Below are positions 33,768 to 45,480 of a DNA stretch of 64,000 bases, in pieces (positions within the stretch are counted from its first letter, which is position 1; each line of letters starts with the position of its first letter). The stretch spans positions 211,668,001-211,732,000 of the forward strand of contig NC_042997.1 in assembly GCF_006345805.1 (NCBI RefSeq), given 5' to 3'. The translations under genes and the position numbers were made by a program. A model generated the notes under the pieces. It saw only the letters and a program-made list of their open reading frames with translations, did not search any database and was not told the DNA's origin. Source of the DNA: Octopus sinensis (lineage: Eukaryota).

Positions 33768-34160
33768 TGCGGGGCTGTGGGGGTAAGAAGTTTGCTTCCC
33801 AATCGCATGGTGTTGGGTTCAGTCCCACTTCATGGCATCTTGGCCAAATGTCTTCTACTATAGTCCTGGGCTGACCAAAGCCATGTGAATGGTTTTTGTA
33901 GATGGAAACTGAAAGAAGCCCATTATACATTGTGTGGGTGTTACTTTCTCCTTGCCATAGCATGATGTGATAGTTGTGAACCAGTATCACTGTCATACGA
34001 GCAGTGCCCTTCGTTTCCAATATATTCTGGCCGGGGTGGTGGGGGTGGCATTATAACCTTGCTTGGAAATATATGTGGGGGTTGGTGACAGGAAGGGCAT
34101 CCGGCTGTAGAAAATCCGCTTCAACATATTCTGAGCCATGCAGGCATGGAAAAGGGGACT
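33768..34160 (+). mobile_element. Composite SINE (OK head + GGTTGGTGACAGGAAGGGCATCC domain + RTE tail)
   Basis: Modular match to the 1305 and 48800 copies. Confidence 0.65.
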
Positions 34161-34767
34161 CAAAATAATGTTGGTGAAAATACTTTAAAATTAAAAATGG
34201 GCTTCAATGCATTTTCCATTCACCAAATCTATTCACGAAGCATTGGTTGGCTTTACGGCTGTAGTAAAAATACTTGCCCAAGGTGTTGCACACTAAGATT
34301 GAACCCAGAATTATACACACACACAAACACTATTGACTACCTTCTACCCCTAATCTATCCGTCACTCTCTTTTGCAACTTTTATCCACCCGAGTGAGGTC
34401 GTTTTCAGTACCACCTGACTGGCCTCCATGTCACTGGCACATAAAAAGCACCCACTACACTCTCGGAGTGGTTGGCATTAGGAAGGGCATCCAGCTGTAG
34501 AAACTCTGCCAGATCAAGACTGGAGCCTGGTGCAGCCATCTGGTTCGCTGCTGATGGTAGGGCATCGGGGCAAAATGGTAATTGTCCTTCTTTACAGTCT
34601 GAGTTCAAATTATACCCAGGTTAACTTTGCCCTTCATTGTTCCAAGGTCAATAAGACAAAATGCCAGTTAAACACTAAGCTCCAAATAGTCAACTGACAT
34701 CTCCTCTCCCACCACAACCACCACCACCACAAAAAAAAGTGATTATGAATCAACTGGTTAATTAATT

Positions 34768-34961
34768 ACTCTTTTACTTGTTTCAGTCATTTGACTGCGG
34801 CCATGCTGGAGCACTGCCTTTAGTCGAGCAAATCGACCCCGGGACTTATTCTTTGTAAGCCCAGTACTTATTCTATCGGTCTCTTTTGCCGAACCGCTAA
34901 GTAACGGGGACATAAACACACCAGCATTGGTTGTCAAGCGATGCTAGGGGGACAAACATAT

Positions 34962-34992
<31 letters not shown>

Positions 34993-35165
34993 CATATATA
35001 CGACGGGCTTCTTTCGGTTTCCGTCTACCAAATCCACTCACAAGGCATTGGTCGGCCCGGGGCTATAGCAGAAGACACTTGCCCAAGATGCAATGCAGTG
35101 GGACTGAACCCAGAACCATGTGGTTGGTTAGCAAGCTACTTACCACACAGCCACTCCTGCGCCTA
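34768..35165 (-). mobile_element. OK-type SINE, full length
   Basis: Reverse match. Confidence 0.9.
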
Positions 35166-35419
35166 TGTTGAATTTTCCATAGAAAATTATTGAAAGCTTC
35201 ACACTGTGGATCCTAACAAATTTGGTCTTCAGGGACTGGTTTGGTAGATATGACTCTGGAAGCCTGGACTGGCAAGATGGACCTGTCATCACCTCACCAT
35301 CATCATCATCATCATCATTTAATGTCCGTTGTCCATGCTGGCATGGGTTGGACAGTTTGACTGGGCTGGCACACTGGAAGGCTGCACCAGGCTCAGTAAA
35401 AAAGATGCCCAATGTTTGT

Positions 35420-35642
35420 TTAACCCTTTCATGACCAACCCGGCTGAAACCGGCTCTGTAGTACAAATGTCTCGTTTTCATAAGTTTTGAATTAAAATCT
35501 TCCATCAAACTTTAGTCACAATTTATGTTCCTAACATTAGCTTAATGATAACTAAGATATTTTACTAAATTCTTTGTTATATTTAAAGTAATTGAAAGAA
35601 ACACAGAACATCAGAAAATAAATACGGTAATGAAAGGGTTAA
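35420..35642. mobile_element. piggyBac-like MITE (TTAA TSD, CCCTTTC TIR)
   Basis: ttaaccctttc...gaaagggttaa; same family at 37509 and 47732. Confidence 0.8.
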
Positions 35643-35749
35643 ACACTGTTGGACTAAACTCATCCAAACTCCAGTAAATTGCAATCAGTTGATGGAAATG
35701 GCTGCGTCTGCTGACAGCACCAATCTAAAATCTACACCGAAAAGCCGTA

Positions 35750-36850
35750 TATGAGGGTCGGCTGACTAAGATGCCCTCATAGTATGTAACCAAATGAGGT
35801 TTCTTTTCCAGCATAGCCCCCCCCTTTCTTTGCGGTTCACTCCTTTCTTCCATCGGATTTGCAGTCCTTGGATCCCATTGGTGAAGAAGCTTTCATCCTG
35901 TTGCTCAAAAGAGTCATTGTCATCACTGCAATACTGGTTTCCATCCAAATGGTTGTTTCATGTTGGGGCCAGGGAGGGGATGAGTAATAATGCCTTTTGC
36001 ATCCCACCAAACTGAGGCCATCACCTTCCCTGCAGATGAAACGGCTTTCGTCTTCTGTGGAGCAGGCGAGGAAGAGGTGTTTCCACGGCATGGATCGACC
36101 CTTTCTCTCTGGTTCAAAGTGATAAAGGCAACACTCATAAGATGTTCAAGAAAACCAGATTTAGATCTAGATTTTTCTCCTGTGATGTGATCAGCCTGGC
36201 ACACTTTTGATCAGGTGCCAGAAGACTCGGAACCCACCTAGTTCGTTGTGCAGAATATTCTCAACACTCTCATGGGATATGCTAATAGCATTGGTTATTT
36301 GATTTAAACCGGCCATATCCGGCCCAAATATGCTTCCTGTTTTATGTTCTAACTGGCCAGATCAAACCTATCATACCTACCCTTCAATGCCATTATAAAA
36401 TATACAGTCACGTCATCAAAATTTCAAGGTTGCAAAATAATGCAGGATTAATTAAAAACAATTTGAATTAAAAAGTGTTACAGTTGACAGAATAATCTGA
36501 ATGCTAAAGGGTTAAAGCCAATTGCCTGTCATCCATCATCATGTGGTGAACACGATCAATGTTTTCCTTGCTGGTGGCAGTTCACAGGACGTCCAGACTC
36601 TGGGTCATCTTCAAGACTGTCCCTTCCTCGCCTAAGTTCAGCTTCCCACTTTTGCTCTGTTGGTAAAGCTGAAACCTCATCCCCTAATGTAGCAACAATG
36701 TCAGCCTGAATATCATTGGGAGCTAAACCCCTTTTCTGCAGGTACTTGATAACGCCATGATGCCAAATTCTGCCCATTTTCAAGGGAAGTCTTTTGAAGT
36801 CTTCTTTGAACATCCAGATGTCAATTTACCTGAAAGAAACAATGCAGTTA
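35750..36850 (-). mobile_element. Degenerate mariner transposase, interrupted by a TTAA-type MITE (~36300-36515)
   Basis: HGVIKYLQKRGL..DDPESGRP, KAVSSAGKVMASVWWDAKGI and FFTNGIQGLQIRWKK in order. Confidence 0.75.
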
Positions 36851-37508
36851 TTAATAAGAAGAGCTGAAGTTGATGCTTAATATCTGCCTTCCATTTTTGG
36901 CATGGGTCGGATGACACTAATGTTATTGTTAAAGCAATGTCAGAAAATAGCATCCAAGAATCAGAGAGAAATAGCACCATGGGAAGCAACCAGAACATAG
37001 CTGAGTCCATCCTCTTGAATATCAGAGTGACAACAGATCACCCATCCAACCACTGCAATCATAGACTGCTTGCCTTAGATATTGAAGAGTCTGGCTAGAA
37101 ATAAAAATGAAACAACATCTTGTCTAAGTCCCATGAGAATTGTGGCGTATCTGAAAACCCTGTTAAATATAGGTCCAGTCAAACCATCTGACCTATGGCT
37201 GCATGAAAACCGTTAAGTTATGATGATGTTTATTAGTAGGATTAGAAATAGAAAGTCCTTGGCACATTATTATACACATATTTGAAAAAAGTGTTTACAA
37301 ATTGCAAGAAGCAACGGAAATTTTACAAAAAAACAAGTGAATGAGTGGAAATCAAACCAGTGAGTGTGTTCAATAATAACGCACTAAAAGAGAATGACCC
37401 TCCCCAGACACAATGAAATATGCTTCAATACACGAATTGACATAAAGAATCTTGCAAACGAAATGTTTACAAAGCGTAAATACCTAACGATTTACAATCA
37501 TCTAATTA

Positions 37509-37742
37509 TTAACCCTTTCGTTACTGTATTTATTTTTCGAGATGTTCTTCTGTGTTTCTTTCAATTAATTTTAAATATAAAAAAGAATTTAGTCAATTAA
37601 CTTAGTTATCATTAAGCTAGTGTTAGGAACATAAATTGTGATTAAGGTTTGGTGGAAGATTTTAATTCAAAACTTATGAAAACAAGACATTTGTATTCCA
37701 GAGCCAGAACCGGTTTGAGCCGGGTTGGTAATGAAAAAGTTA
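37509..37742. mobile_element. piggyBac-like MITE
   Basis: TTAA-CCCTTTC termini. Confidence 0.8.
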
Positions 37743-38319
37743 AAGTGGAGAAATTATCAGAAAAGCCATTTCAATTAATTTTTGTAAATATATATTTATC
37801 GGACTGATTGAAAGTAATGAAAATATGTCCCTCTGGTGGTGCCAAGCCAGAGCCAGAACCGGTTTGAGCCGGGTTGGTAATGAAAAGTTAAAGTGGAGAA
37901 ATTATCAGAAAAGCCATTTCAATTAATTTTTGTAAATATATATTTATCGGACTGATTGAAAGTAATGAATAATATGTCCCTCTGGTGGTGCCAACTCCAT
38001 AAAATGAGAAAGTGTACACAAGACTTCATCCATTCTCTGAACACAACCAAAAGGACAATGCACAAAGGAATTGAGAAAAAGAGGTTAGGAAGCATCTTAA
38101 GAAATCGTATGAATGGTATTTGGTAAACAGAAGGAATTATTATATCAATATGTCCCTCTGGTGGTGCCCAACTCCATAAAATGAGAAAGTTACACAAGAC
38201 TTCATCCATTCTCTGAACACAACCAAAAGGACAATGCACAAAGGAATTGAGAAAAAGAGGTTAGGAAGCATCTTAAGAAATCGTATGAATGGTATTTGGT
38301 AAACAGAAGGAATTATTAT
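37698..38319. repeat. Staggered tandem duplications A-A (148 bp) and B-B (173 bp)
   Basis: A at 37698 and 37847; B at 37971 and 38147. Confidence 0.9.
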
Positions 38320-38330
38320 CGTTATGGTTC

Positions 38331-38696
38331 CTCCGTTGGTTATGACGACAAGGAGGGTTCCAGTTGATCCGATCAACTGTGAAATTAATGTGCAAGTGGC
38401 TGAGCACTCCACAGACACGTGTACCCTTAATGTAGTTCTCGGAAGAGATTCAGAGTGACACAGAGAGTGACAAGGCTGGCCCTTTGAAATACAGGTACAA
38501 CAGAAACAAGAAGAAAGAGTGAGAGAAAGTTGGGGGTGAAAGAGTACAGCAAGGTTCGCCACCACCCCCTGCCAGAGCCTCATGGAGCTTTAGGTGTTTT
38601 TGCTTAATAAACACTCACAACGCCTGGTCTGGGAATTGAAATCGCACTCCTACGACCACGAGTTTGCTGCCCTAACCACTGAGCCATTGTGTCTCC
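38331..38696 (-). mobile_element. tRNA SINE family A
   Basis: Reverse match to the 53710 copy. Confidence 0.8.
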
Positions 38697-39166
38697 GAGA
38701 AGGAATTACAGATTAGATTAGAATAGATAAGGCAGATTCGTGGTGTAATAGTGACAGCTTGCATAGTGTAATGCATGTCACTGCTTCCTCCTAAATGTGA
38801 ATCAGCATTTAATTGGTGGAAACACTTTTTCAGATTAAAGTAGTTGAAAAGTCAGGTATTTTCATTTGGTTGCAGATAAGTAGGATATACCCTGTCAACA
38901 GGACCATCTGTAATGATAGCAGTTGTATGGTCTTGGTACGGACGGTCCTGTCGGATTGATGATGAAGCCGTAGTGTAATGAAACAGGCTAACGCCTGACA
39001 CAAGCAGATATGTATGTGTGTGTGTGTAGACCTGTGTTCATTTGTAGATGTATGTATGAGGGCAAAGGTTAAAATATCGAGTAACACTATCACTTCCTTC
39101 ACAAGACCTGGGATATGAAATCCACACTACAGCTATCCTATGTGTGGGTGTGTAATATGTACAAAG

Positions 39167-39933
39167 AGTTTTTTGTCAAATGAATCAAGTCCGGTCATCA
39201 TTTTTAAGACTCTCTTAAAAGATGGCCTCTTTTGCTGAACCATTCAATTGTGGGGATGTAAACACACCAACACCCGTTGACAAGAAGTAGTGGAGGACAA
39301 ACACAACAACACACATGCACATATAGATACATGCACAACGGGCTCGTTTCTGGTCTGAAAGCAAGCTTCTTACCGCACAGTCATGTCTGCACAGGGAGAA
39401 GTTTTCCAAAAACCTCTCACCCATCATTTAAACAAACCACCAACCTTTGCTAAAATTAGTGCAACTTTAAAACAGATTATCTCCTGGACCAGACAACAGT
39501 CTAGCAGAGATTTTGGTGAAGAGCAGTTCCCTCTGCGACGAAGTGTTCCATCACTACGTCATGGAACCAAATATTTATGTTTCGACCTTTCAGTGTTTGG
39601 TCTCAACGACAGTAAAGGGGAGATAAATCTGTTTGCTTGATTAGTCAGGGTACAAGATTGCTGTCGATGGTAGTTAGGGTCAGGCTCCACACACACAAAA
39701 GAAACTCGTCCAGTCAATAAAAAGAGACGCATCAGAGTCACAGTGTGACTCTACAGGCGCGAGGACATGGTATTTATTACAGGGTGGCTCATGGGAGATG
39801 CAGGGAGAGAGATGTTTAATGCATTTATGCATGTTCAGAAGGCTTTAAAGACAGCCAACAGGGAACTTGCGTCAGATATCGTCAGGAAGTGTGAATGTCT
39901 GTCAAAATTTGTGAAGCAACTCCACCAAGGAAC
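39167..39933. repeat. Inverted copy of ~45316-46075 flanked by a 13 bp TSD
   Basis: AATATGTACAAAG at 39154-39166 and 39934-39946. Confidence 0.9.
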
Positions 39934-40125
39934 AATATGTACAAAGCCTGTAAGTATGTGTGATTGTATAGACGTGTGTGTATATAAAATATATATATAT
40001 ATATATACAGACTTTTTTTTAAAAGCATCAACGATATCCCAAAAACTGTTACTCAGAGTTTCACATTCCTGTTTGTCAGACAGTTTTGTTTAGATTCAAT
40101 AAAGTATATACATATATATATATAT

Positions 40126-40620
40126 CATCATCATCATCATCGTCTTTAACCGTCCGCTTTCCATGCTAGCATGGGTTGGACAATTTGACTGAGGGCTGGC
40201 GAACCAGGTGGCTGCACCAGGCTCCAATTTGATCTGGCAGAGTTTCTAGGCCTGGATGCCCTTCCTAATGCCAACCACTCCAAGTGTGTAGTGGGTGCTT
40301 TTATGTGCCACTGGCACAAGGGCCAGTCAGGCAGTACTGGCAATGGCCACGCTCAAATGGTGTTTTTTATGTGCCACCTGCATAGGAGCCAGTCCAGTGG
40401 CAACGTTGGTAATGATCATGCTCGAATGGTGCTTTTTACGTGTCACCGGCAGTCAGCTGCTCTGGCAAGAATCACACTCAGATGGTGCTCTTAGCTCTCC
40501 ACTGGCATGGATACCAGTCAACGAATTTGATTTTGATTTTATCACTTGCCTCAACAGGTCTTCACAAGCAGAGTTTAGTGTCCAATGAAGGAAAGGTATA
40601 CCTAAGTGGGCTGGTTGAGT
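40126..40620 (-). mobile_element. RTE 3'UTR/tail copy
   Basis: Same motifs. Confidence 0.8.
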
Positions 40621-41023
40621 CACTAATTTTTAAAAAATGAGTCCAACTCTAACTAAATATGTCAAGTGCTACATTTAGTGTTTGTTCACCAATTGTGTGT
40701 ACATATACATCCACTATTGATTACATACATGTGTGTGTGTACAATAAATGTTTATTGTACGGTTTTAAGGACAAAACAGCCATAAAATGTCAGAGAAAGA
40801 AAGAAGACAATGAAAGTGCAGGGTTTCTATCCAAGAAGGATGCTGTGACAATAGCTTCAGGTCACTCGTGCCTGGTGGTTTTAATGTTCGCCTGGATCTC
40901 ATCCAAGACGTCAGGTTGGTATAGTTTTATACAAATTAACAAATAACTGGGACCTGGCTGGGGTTTCTACAGTGGAACAATGGTAGCATGTATACATATA
41001 CATGTATAGGCATACATAAATAC

Positions 41024-41065
<42 letters not shown>

Positions 41066-41716
41066 ATGTGTAGTCTACGGTCACACTGTCCTATTTACAT
41101 TCTTTTTAGATTTTAGAGTTTCACCATTCAAAAAAAAAAGAATGTCAAATCCATGTGACATAAACAGCGTGCGCCCTCTCCCGGTAACCCCATAAACTTG
41201 TGAGCATCTGAGAGCTTTCAACTGGTGACAAGTTGTTTGCAAAAAGAAGAATTATCTCCCCTGGATCGCTTTGTTTTTATCAGTTATAATAATTACCTCC
41301 CTTGAATCGTATATTCTCAGCCTTTTGTTCTCAATTCCATTTTTTACCAATTTTCATCAAAGTTATCGTCACGTGAAGCATACCCCAAGGGATTTCTTGT
41401 CTCACTCAGCGGAGCAAATCATTCCGAAAGTGAAAGCTAGACCTGTTAAAAATAGTAGCCAAGTTTTTAATCCAACAACATGTGACTTGTAAGAAAGTGA
41501 CCAACATATGAGTTGATGTAGTTGAAGATATCCAATGTAAGAAAAAAGTGGAGATGGCCATGGCTGGGATGCTTTTGGTCGTGAAGTTGCTTAGTTGAAG
41601 CTGACAAACAACAGTTGTTGTTAATTTGGTTTTTGGTGTATGTGAATTCTTCCACGTTGGAGATGGGACAGATTCCATCCATGGAAACATATCTCTAAGA
41701 TTGTCAGAAGGCCGAG

Positions 41717-42297
41717 GTGTCTTGGCATCACTCAGCAGGTCTTTTGTTAGCCGCTCTCCAGCCATCTATAAAACTGTATACAGCTATGGTACGACCACAC
41801 TTGGAATTCGCATCATCAGTTTGGAACCCCTATCTTGCACAGAACATTGACTCCTGGAATCTTCCAGAGACGTGCAACCAAACGCACCCTCCATCAGACA
41901 CCTACCATATTCTGAGCGCTTGTTTTCCCCTGGGCATGGATTCACTGAATCTCCGGCGTTTGGCGACGGACTTGGTAAACCCCACTAGGTATCAACCACC
42001 TCAACCACACAACACTGAACACCTTTTTGATCTCCATGTGTCTAACACACGTGGACTGCCTACAAAGAGTCAGAAAACAAACAGCTCCCATGACTTTTCG
42101 GAAACATTTTTCACGCTCAGAGTTGCTGAAGCATGGAATAAACTGCCTGCGTCAGTTGTTGACTGCCATGACACTGCATCTTTTAAGGCCCTCATTCTTT
42201 CCGAAATCCGCCGAAACTACACCTGAGATATATACACTTTAGATGAGTTGTAGTGCACCTGAGCACTGTACACAATTATTATTATTAGTATTATTAT
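41717..42297 (+). mobile_element. CR1-clade LINE 3' fragment
   Basis: LYTAMVRPHLEFASSVWNPY...FFTLRVAEAWNKLP, with an (ATT)n tail. Confidence 0.85.
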
Positions 42298-42548
42298 TAA
42301 ACCTTTTATATTCAGCCAATCCAAGTGTTATTATTAAGTCGGATGGGATTAAAGCTGCTGGGAATTATCTGAAATTACGGATGATCCATAAAGTAACACC
42401 GTTGATTCTTTAATTAATGAGGAATCTTTCATATTGAAATGTTGAAAGAGTTCATTGATTAATTCCCTAAATACCAATAATGACCAACCACCAAGAGACC
42501 TAGTCTAGAATTCTAAAGGTAGATATTTATAGTTTTTCTCAGCCCAGA

Positions 42549-42969
42549 TGTACCCTCATTTCCTGTGGTACCCTTATTTCCTGTGGTACCCTCATTTCCT
42601 GCGATACCCTCATTTCCTGTGGTACCCTCATTTCCTGTGATACCCTCATTTCCTGTGGTACCCTTATTTCCTGTGGTACCCTCATTTCCTGCGATACCCT
42701 CATTTCCTGTGGTACCCTTATTTCTTGTGGTACCCTCATTCCCTGTGGTACCCTCATTTCCTGTAGTACCCTTATTTCCTGTGGTACCCTTATTTCCTGT
42801 AGTACCCTCATTTCCTGCGATGCCCTCATTTCCTGTGGTACCCTTATTTCCTGTAGTACCCTCATTTCCTGTGGTACCCTTATTTTCTGTGGTACCCTCA
42901 TTTCCTGTGGTACCCTTATTTCCTGTGGTACCCTCATTTCCTGTGGTACCCTCATTCCCTGTGGTACCC
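42549..42969. repeat. 18 bp minisatellite (GTGGTACCCTYATTTCCT) x ~23
   Basis: Directly visible; open in several frames. Confidence 0.95.
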
Positions 42970-43319
42970 TCCTCCCTCATAGTGGAAAGTTTCATCTCTA
43001 TTGATTTATATCATTGCTTGACCTACTGGAAATAACAGCCAAGTCTCCTTCAAATCTTAAAAATAGGAAGACACAATGTGGCTACGGAATATTGACTAGA
43101 GATCTGTTTGGTCAGGGCTGACCTGTTTAAAATAATCCTATTTTGTAAGTAAAATGATTCTATTTATGGAAATGTTTAAATTTACAGAACTTTCCAACCT
43201 GTGTTCACATAAGCTCAATCAGAATCAGTTGTAACCAAAAACATATTTTGTTAAATTTGATTCATTGACTGAATTGTTTGTTTTTGATTTTGTTGACTAC
43301 ACAGTATAGTAGGGTCAGT

Positions 43320-44018
43320 TGGGCACCAACTGATCTGTGAGAAAAACAACACCATGATGCAATTCACTCTGCCAGAGATTTGTAAACATGCTGTACTGTT
43401 TGGCATTCATGCTGGAAGCTCCAATACAAACATTTCAGAGTGTTTGGGTGTCAATCTCAGGACCCAGTCAATATCATTGTGTTTGGAGTGATCACTAGTG
43501 ATGATGACGTTATTGCCTCCAATCTTACCACAGAGGCCTACATCATGTGCCTGGAGGAAGTAGTGCTGCTCTAGGTCAAGAGGGTGGCTGCTGGAAGACC
43601 CTTTGTCTGGCAACAGGACCTTGCACCATGTCACACAAGCAGGAGAACCCAGTCATGGCTGTCAAACAATTTCTGCAACCACATCACCCCTAACATCTTG
43701 CCACCTAACTCCCCAGACTGTAACCCCCTTGATTATTTTGTGTGGGGTGCAGTTGAGCGAGAGACCAACAGAACTCCTTGTAACACCAAAGATGAACTGA
43801 AGGCAAGGATTATGGCAGCATCCACCAACTTAAACAAGGAGACCACCCAAAAGAGTTGCAGGAGATTCTGAAGTCGTCTGGAGGCAGTGGTTGAAGCCAG
43901 TGGTGATTTCATTGTATAAATTTACTGTTTAGTATTAATGTAATTTTGGTAAATATATCTGTTAAAATGAGATGTCAGTGTTATTTTTATTTTTGCATAA
44001 TTTAGACTACACCCTGTA
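43320..44018 (+). mobile_element. Internally deleted maT (DD37D) Tc1/mariner element
   Basis: QQD...SPDCNPLD with exactly 37 residues between the aspartates; right end caccctgTA. Confidence 0.85.
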
Positions 44019-44358
44019 TATGTGTGGTGTTTGTGTGAGCGTATAATAAAAATGCTGGTTGATTTAAGGAGAGGAAAGGAGAGAGAGAGGTAATAGAAGT
44101 GCTCCTATTGGGCTGTGTGGCAGGCAGAGAGTAAAGGAAAGCCAGGCACACAAGGAAAAAGAGAGAATCATAGAAACTGAGGAGGAAGAGTTGTACAAAC
44201 AGGAAAATAATTTTATTTCAGGCCAATAAATATACTTCTTTTGAAAATTAGTATTTATATCATCATTTTGTATAAACATCAAGAAATTTGACAAATGTTA
44301 AATTATAATTATGGTACATCTGTCCATGTTTCCTGGCATTATTCTTACTGGTAAATAA

Positions 44359-44585
44359 GGTGGCGAGCTGGCAGAAACGTTAGCGTGCCGGGCGAAATGC
44401 TTAGCGGTATTTCGTCTGCCACTACGTTCTGAGTTCAAATTCTGCCAAGGTCGACTTTGCCTTTCATCCTTTCGGGGTCGATTAAATAAGTACCAGTTAT
44501 GCACTGGAATTGATGTAATCGACTTAATCCCTTTGTCCTTGTTTGTCCCCTCTGTGTTTAGCCCCCTGTGGGCAAAAAAGACATA
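44359..44585 (+). mobile_element. Family-M SINE monomer
   Basis: GGCGAGCTGGCAGAAACGTTAGC head. Confidence 0.85.
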
Positions 44586-45051
44586 AATTATCCTTCCTGG
44601 TAAAACTATACTTCCAGAGTAACACAGAAGTCCCAAGTGAGGATTGAACTCATGGCACCTAGTTTTCAAAACCAGAGCCCCGGCCACTGTGCTACAACTA
44701 CGGAGGACAAGACCAGGGAGAAGAGTCACTCAGCGTATAATGGATATCACTCTAAAATAGATCTCGTCATACACTCTACCCATATTCCACCTTTTGTCCA
44801 TCCATCATTCCCTCCCACTGCTTCCCATCCTTTACTGACCACCTCTCCCTAGTGCTGCTTCCGTCATAAAAAGAAACACAATACACATTGTCCCACAGTC
44901 GTAGGTATTTAGTAGCTCAACGATTTATTTTGATCTTAACATGGAGGTCCAGCAGATTTCGAAACTATTTTTATCAAGGTAAAAGTTAATAAGGATTCCT
45001 ACCTTCCTTTCTGCCCTTCCATGTAACAGTGGTGGTCACACGGATGTACAA

Positions 45052-45230
45052 CAGTGCTTTTCAAACTTTTTGCTGGAGTGGAACCCCAAGGAAACATTCC
45101 ACTGGCTCGAGGAACCCCTGTGCAATAATTTAATAGTCTTATGCACACAAATCTGCACAGGAGAATTAAAAATTACTGCTGATTTTAGCAGTTTTGTAAC
45201 GTCTTGCGGAACCCTGGTTGAAAACCACTG
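45052..45230. mobile_element. hAT-like MITE with 8 bp TSD
   Basis: CAGTG(C/G)TTTTCAA TIRs; atgtacaa/gtgtacaa flanks. Confidence 0.8.
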
Positions 45231-45234
45231 GTGT

Positions 45235-45480
45235 ACAAGAACCAACCTACAGCTTTGCCTAACCCCCATTTTCTGAAGGGCTCAGCTTTCTGTTCTCCAA
45301 TATTACCCTGGGCCATTGTTCCTTGGTGGAGTTGATTCACAAATTTTGACAGACATTCACACTTCCTGACGATATCTGACGCAAGTTCCCTGTTGGCTGT
45401 CTTTAAAAGCCTTCTGAACATGCATAAATGCATTAAACATCTCCTCTCCCTGCATCTCCCATGAAGCCACCCTGTAATAA
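45235..45480 (-). mobile_element. Highly degenerate RTE-BovB RT fragment
   Basis: KTANRELASDIVRKCECLSKFVNQLHQGTMAQ resembles the BovB DTVNREALWKILRKFGCP.KFV..LH.GM region. Confidence 0.45.

Noticed and set aside
38945-39000. C/D-box-like pair (ATGATGA ... CTGA)
   Set aside because: Boxes only ~40 nt apart and no terminal stem.
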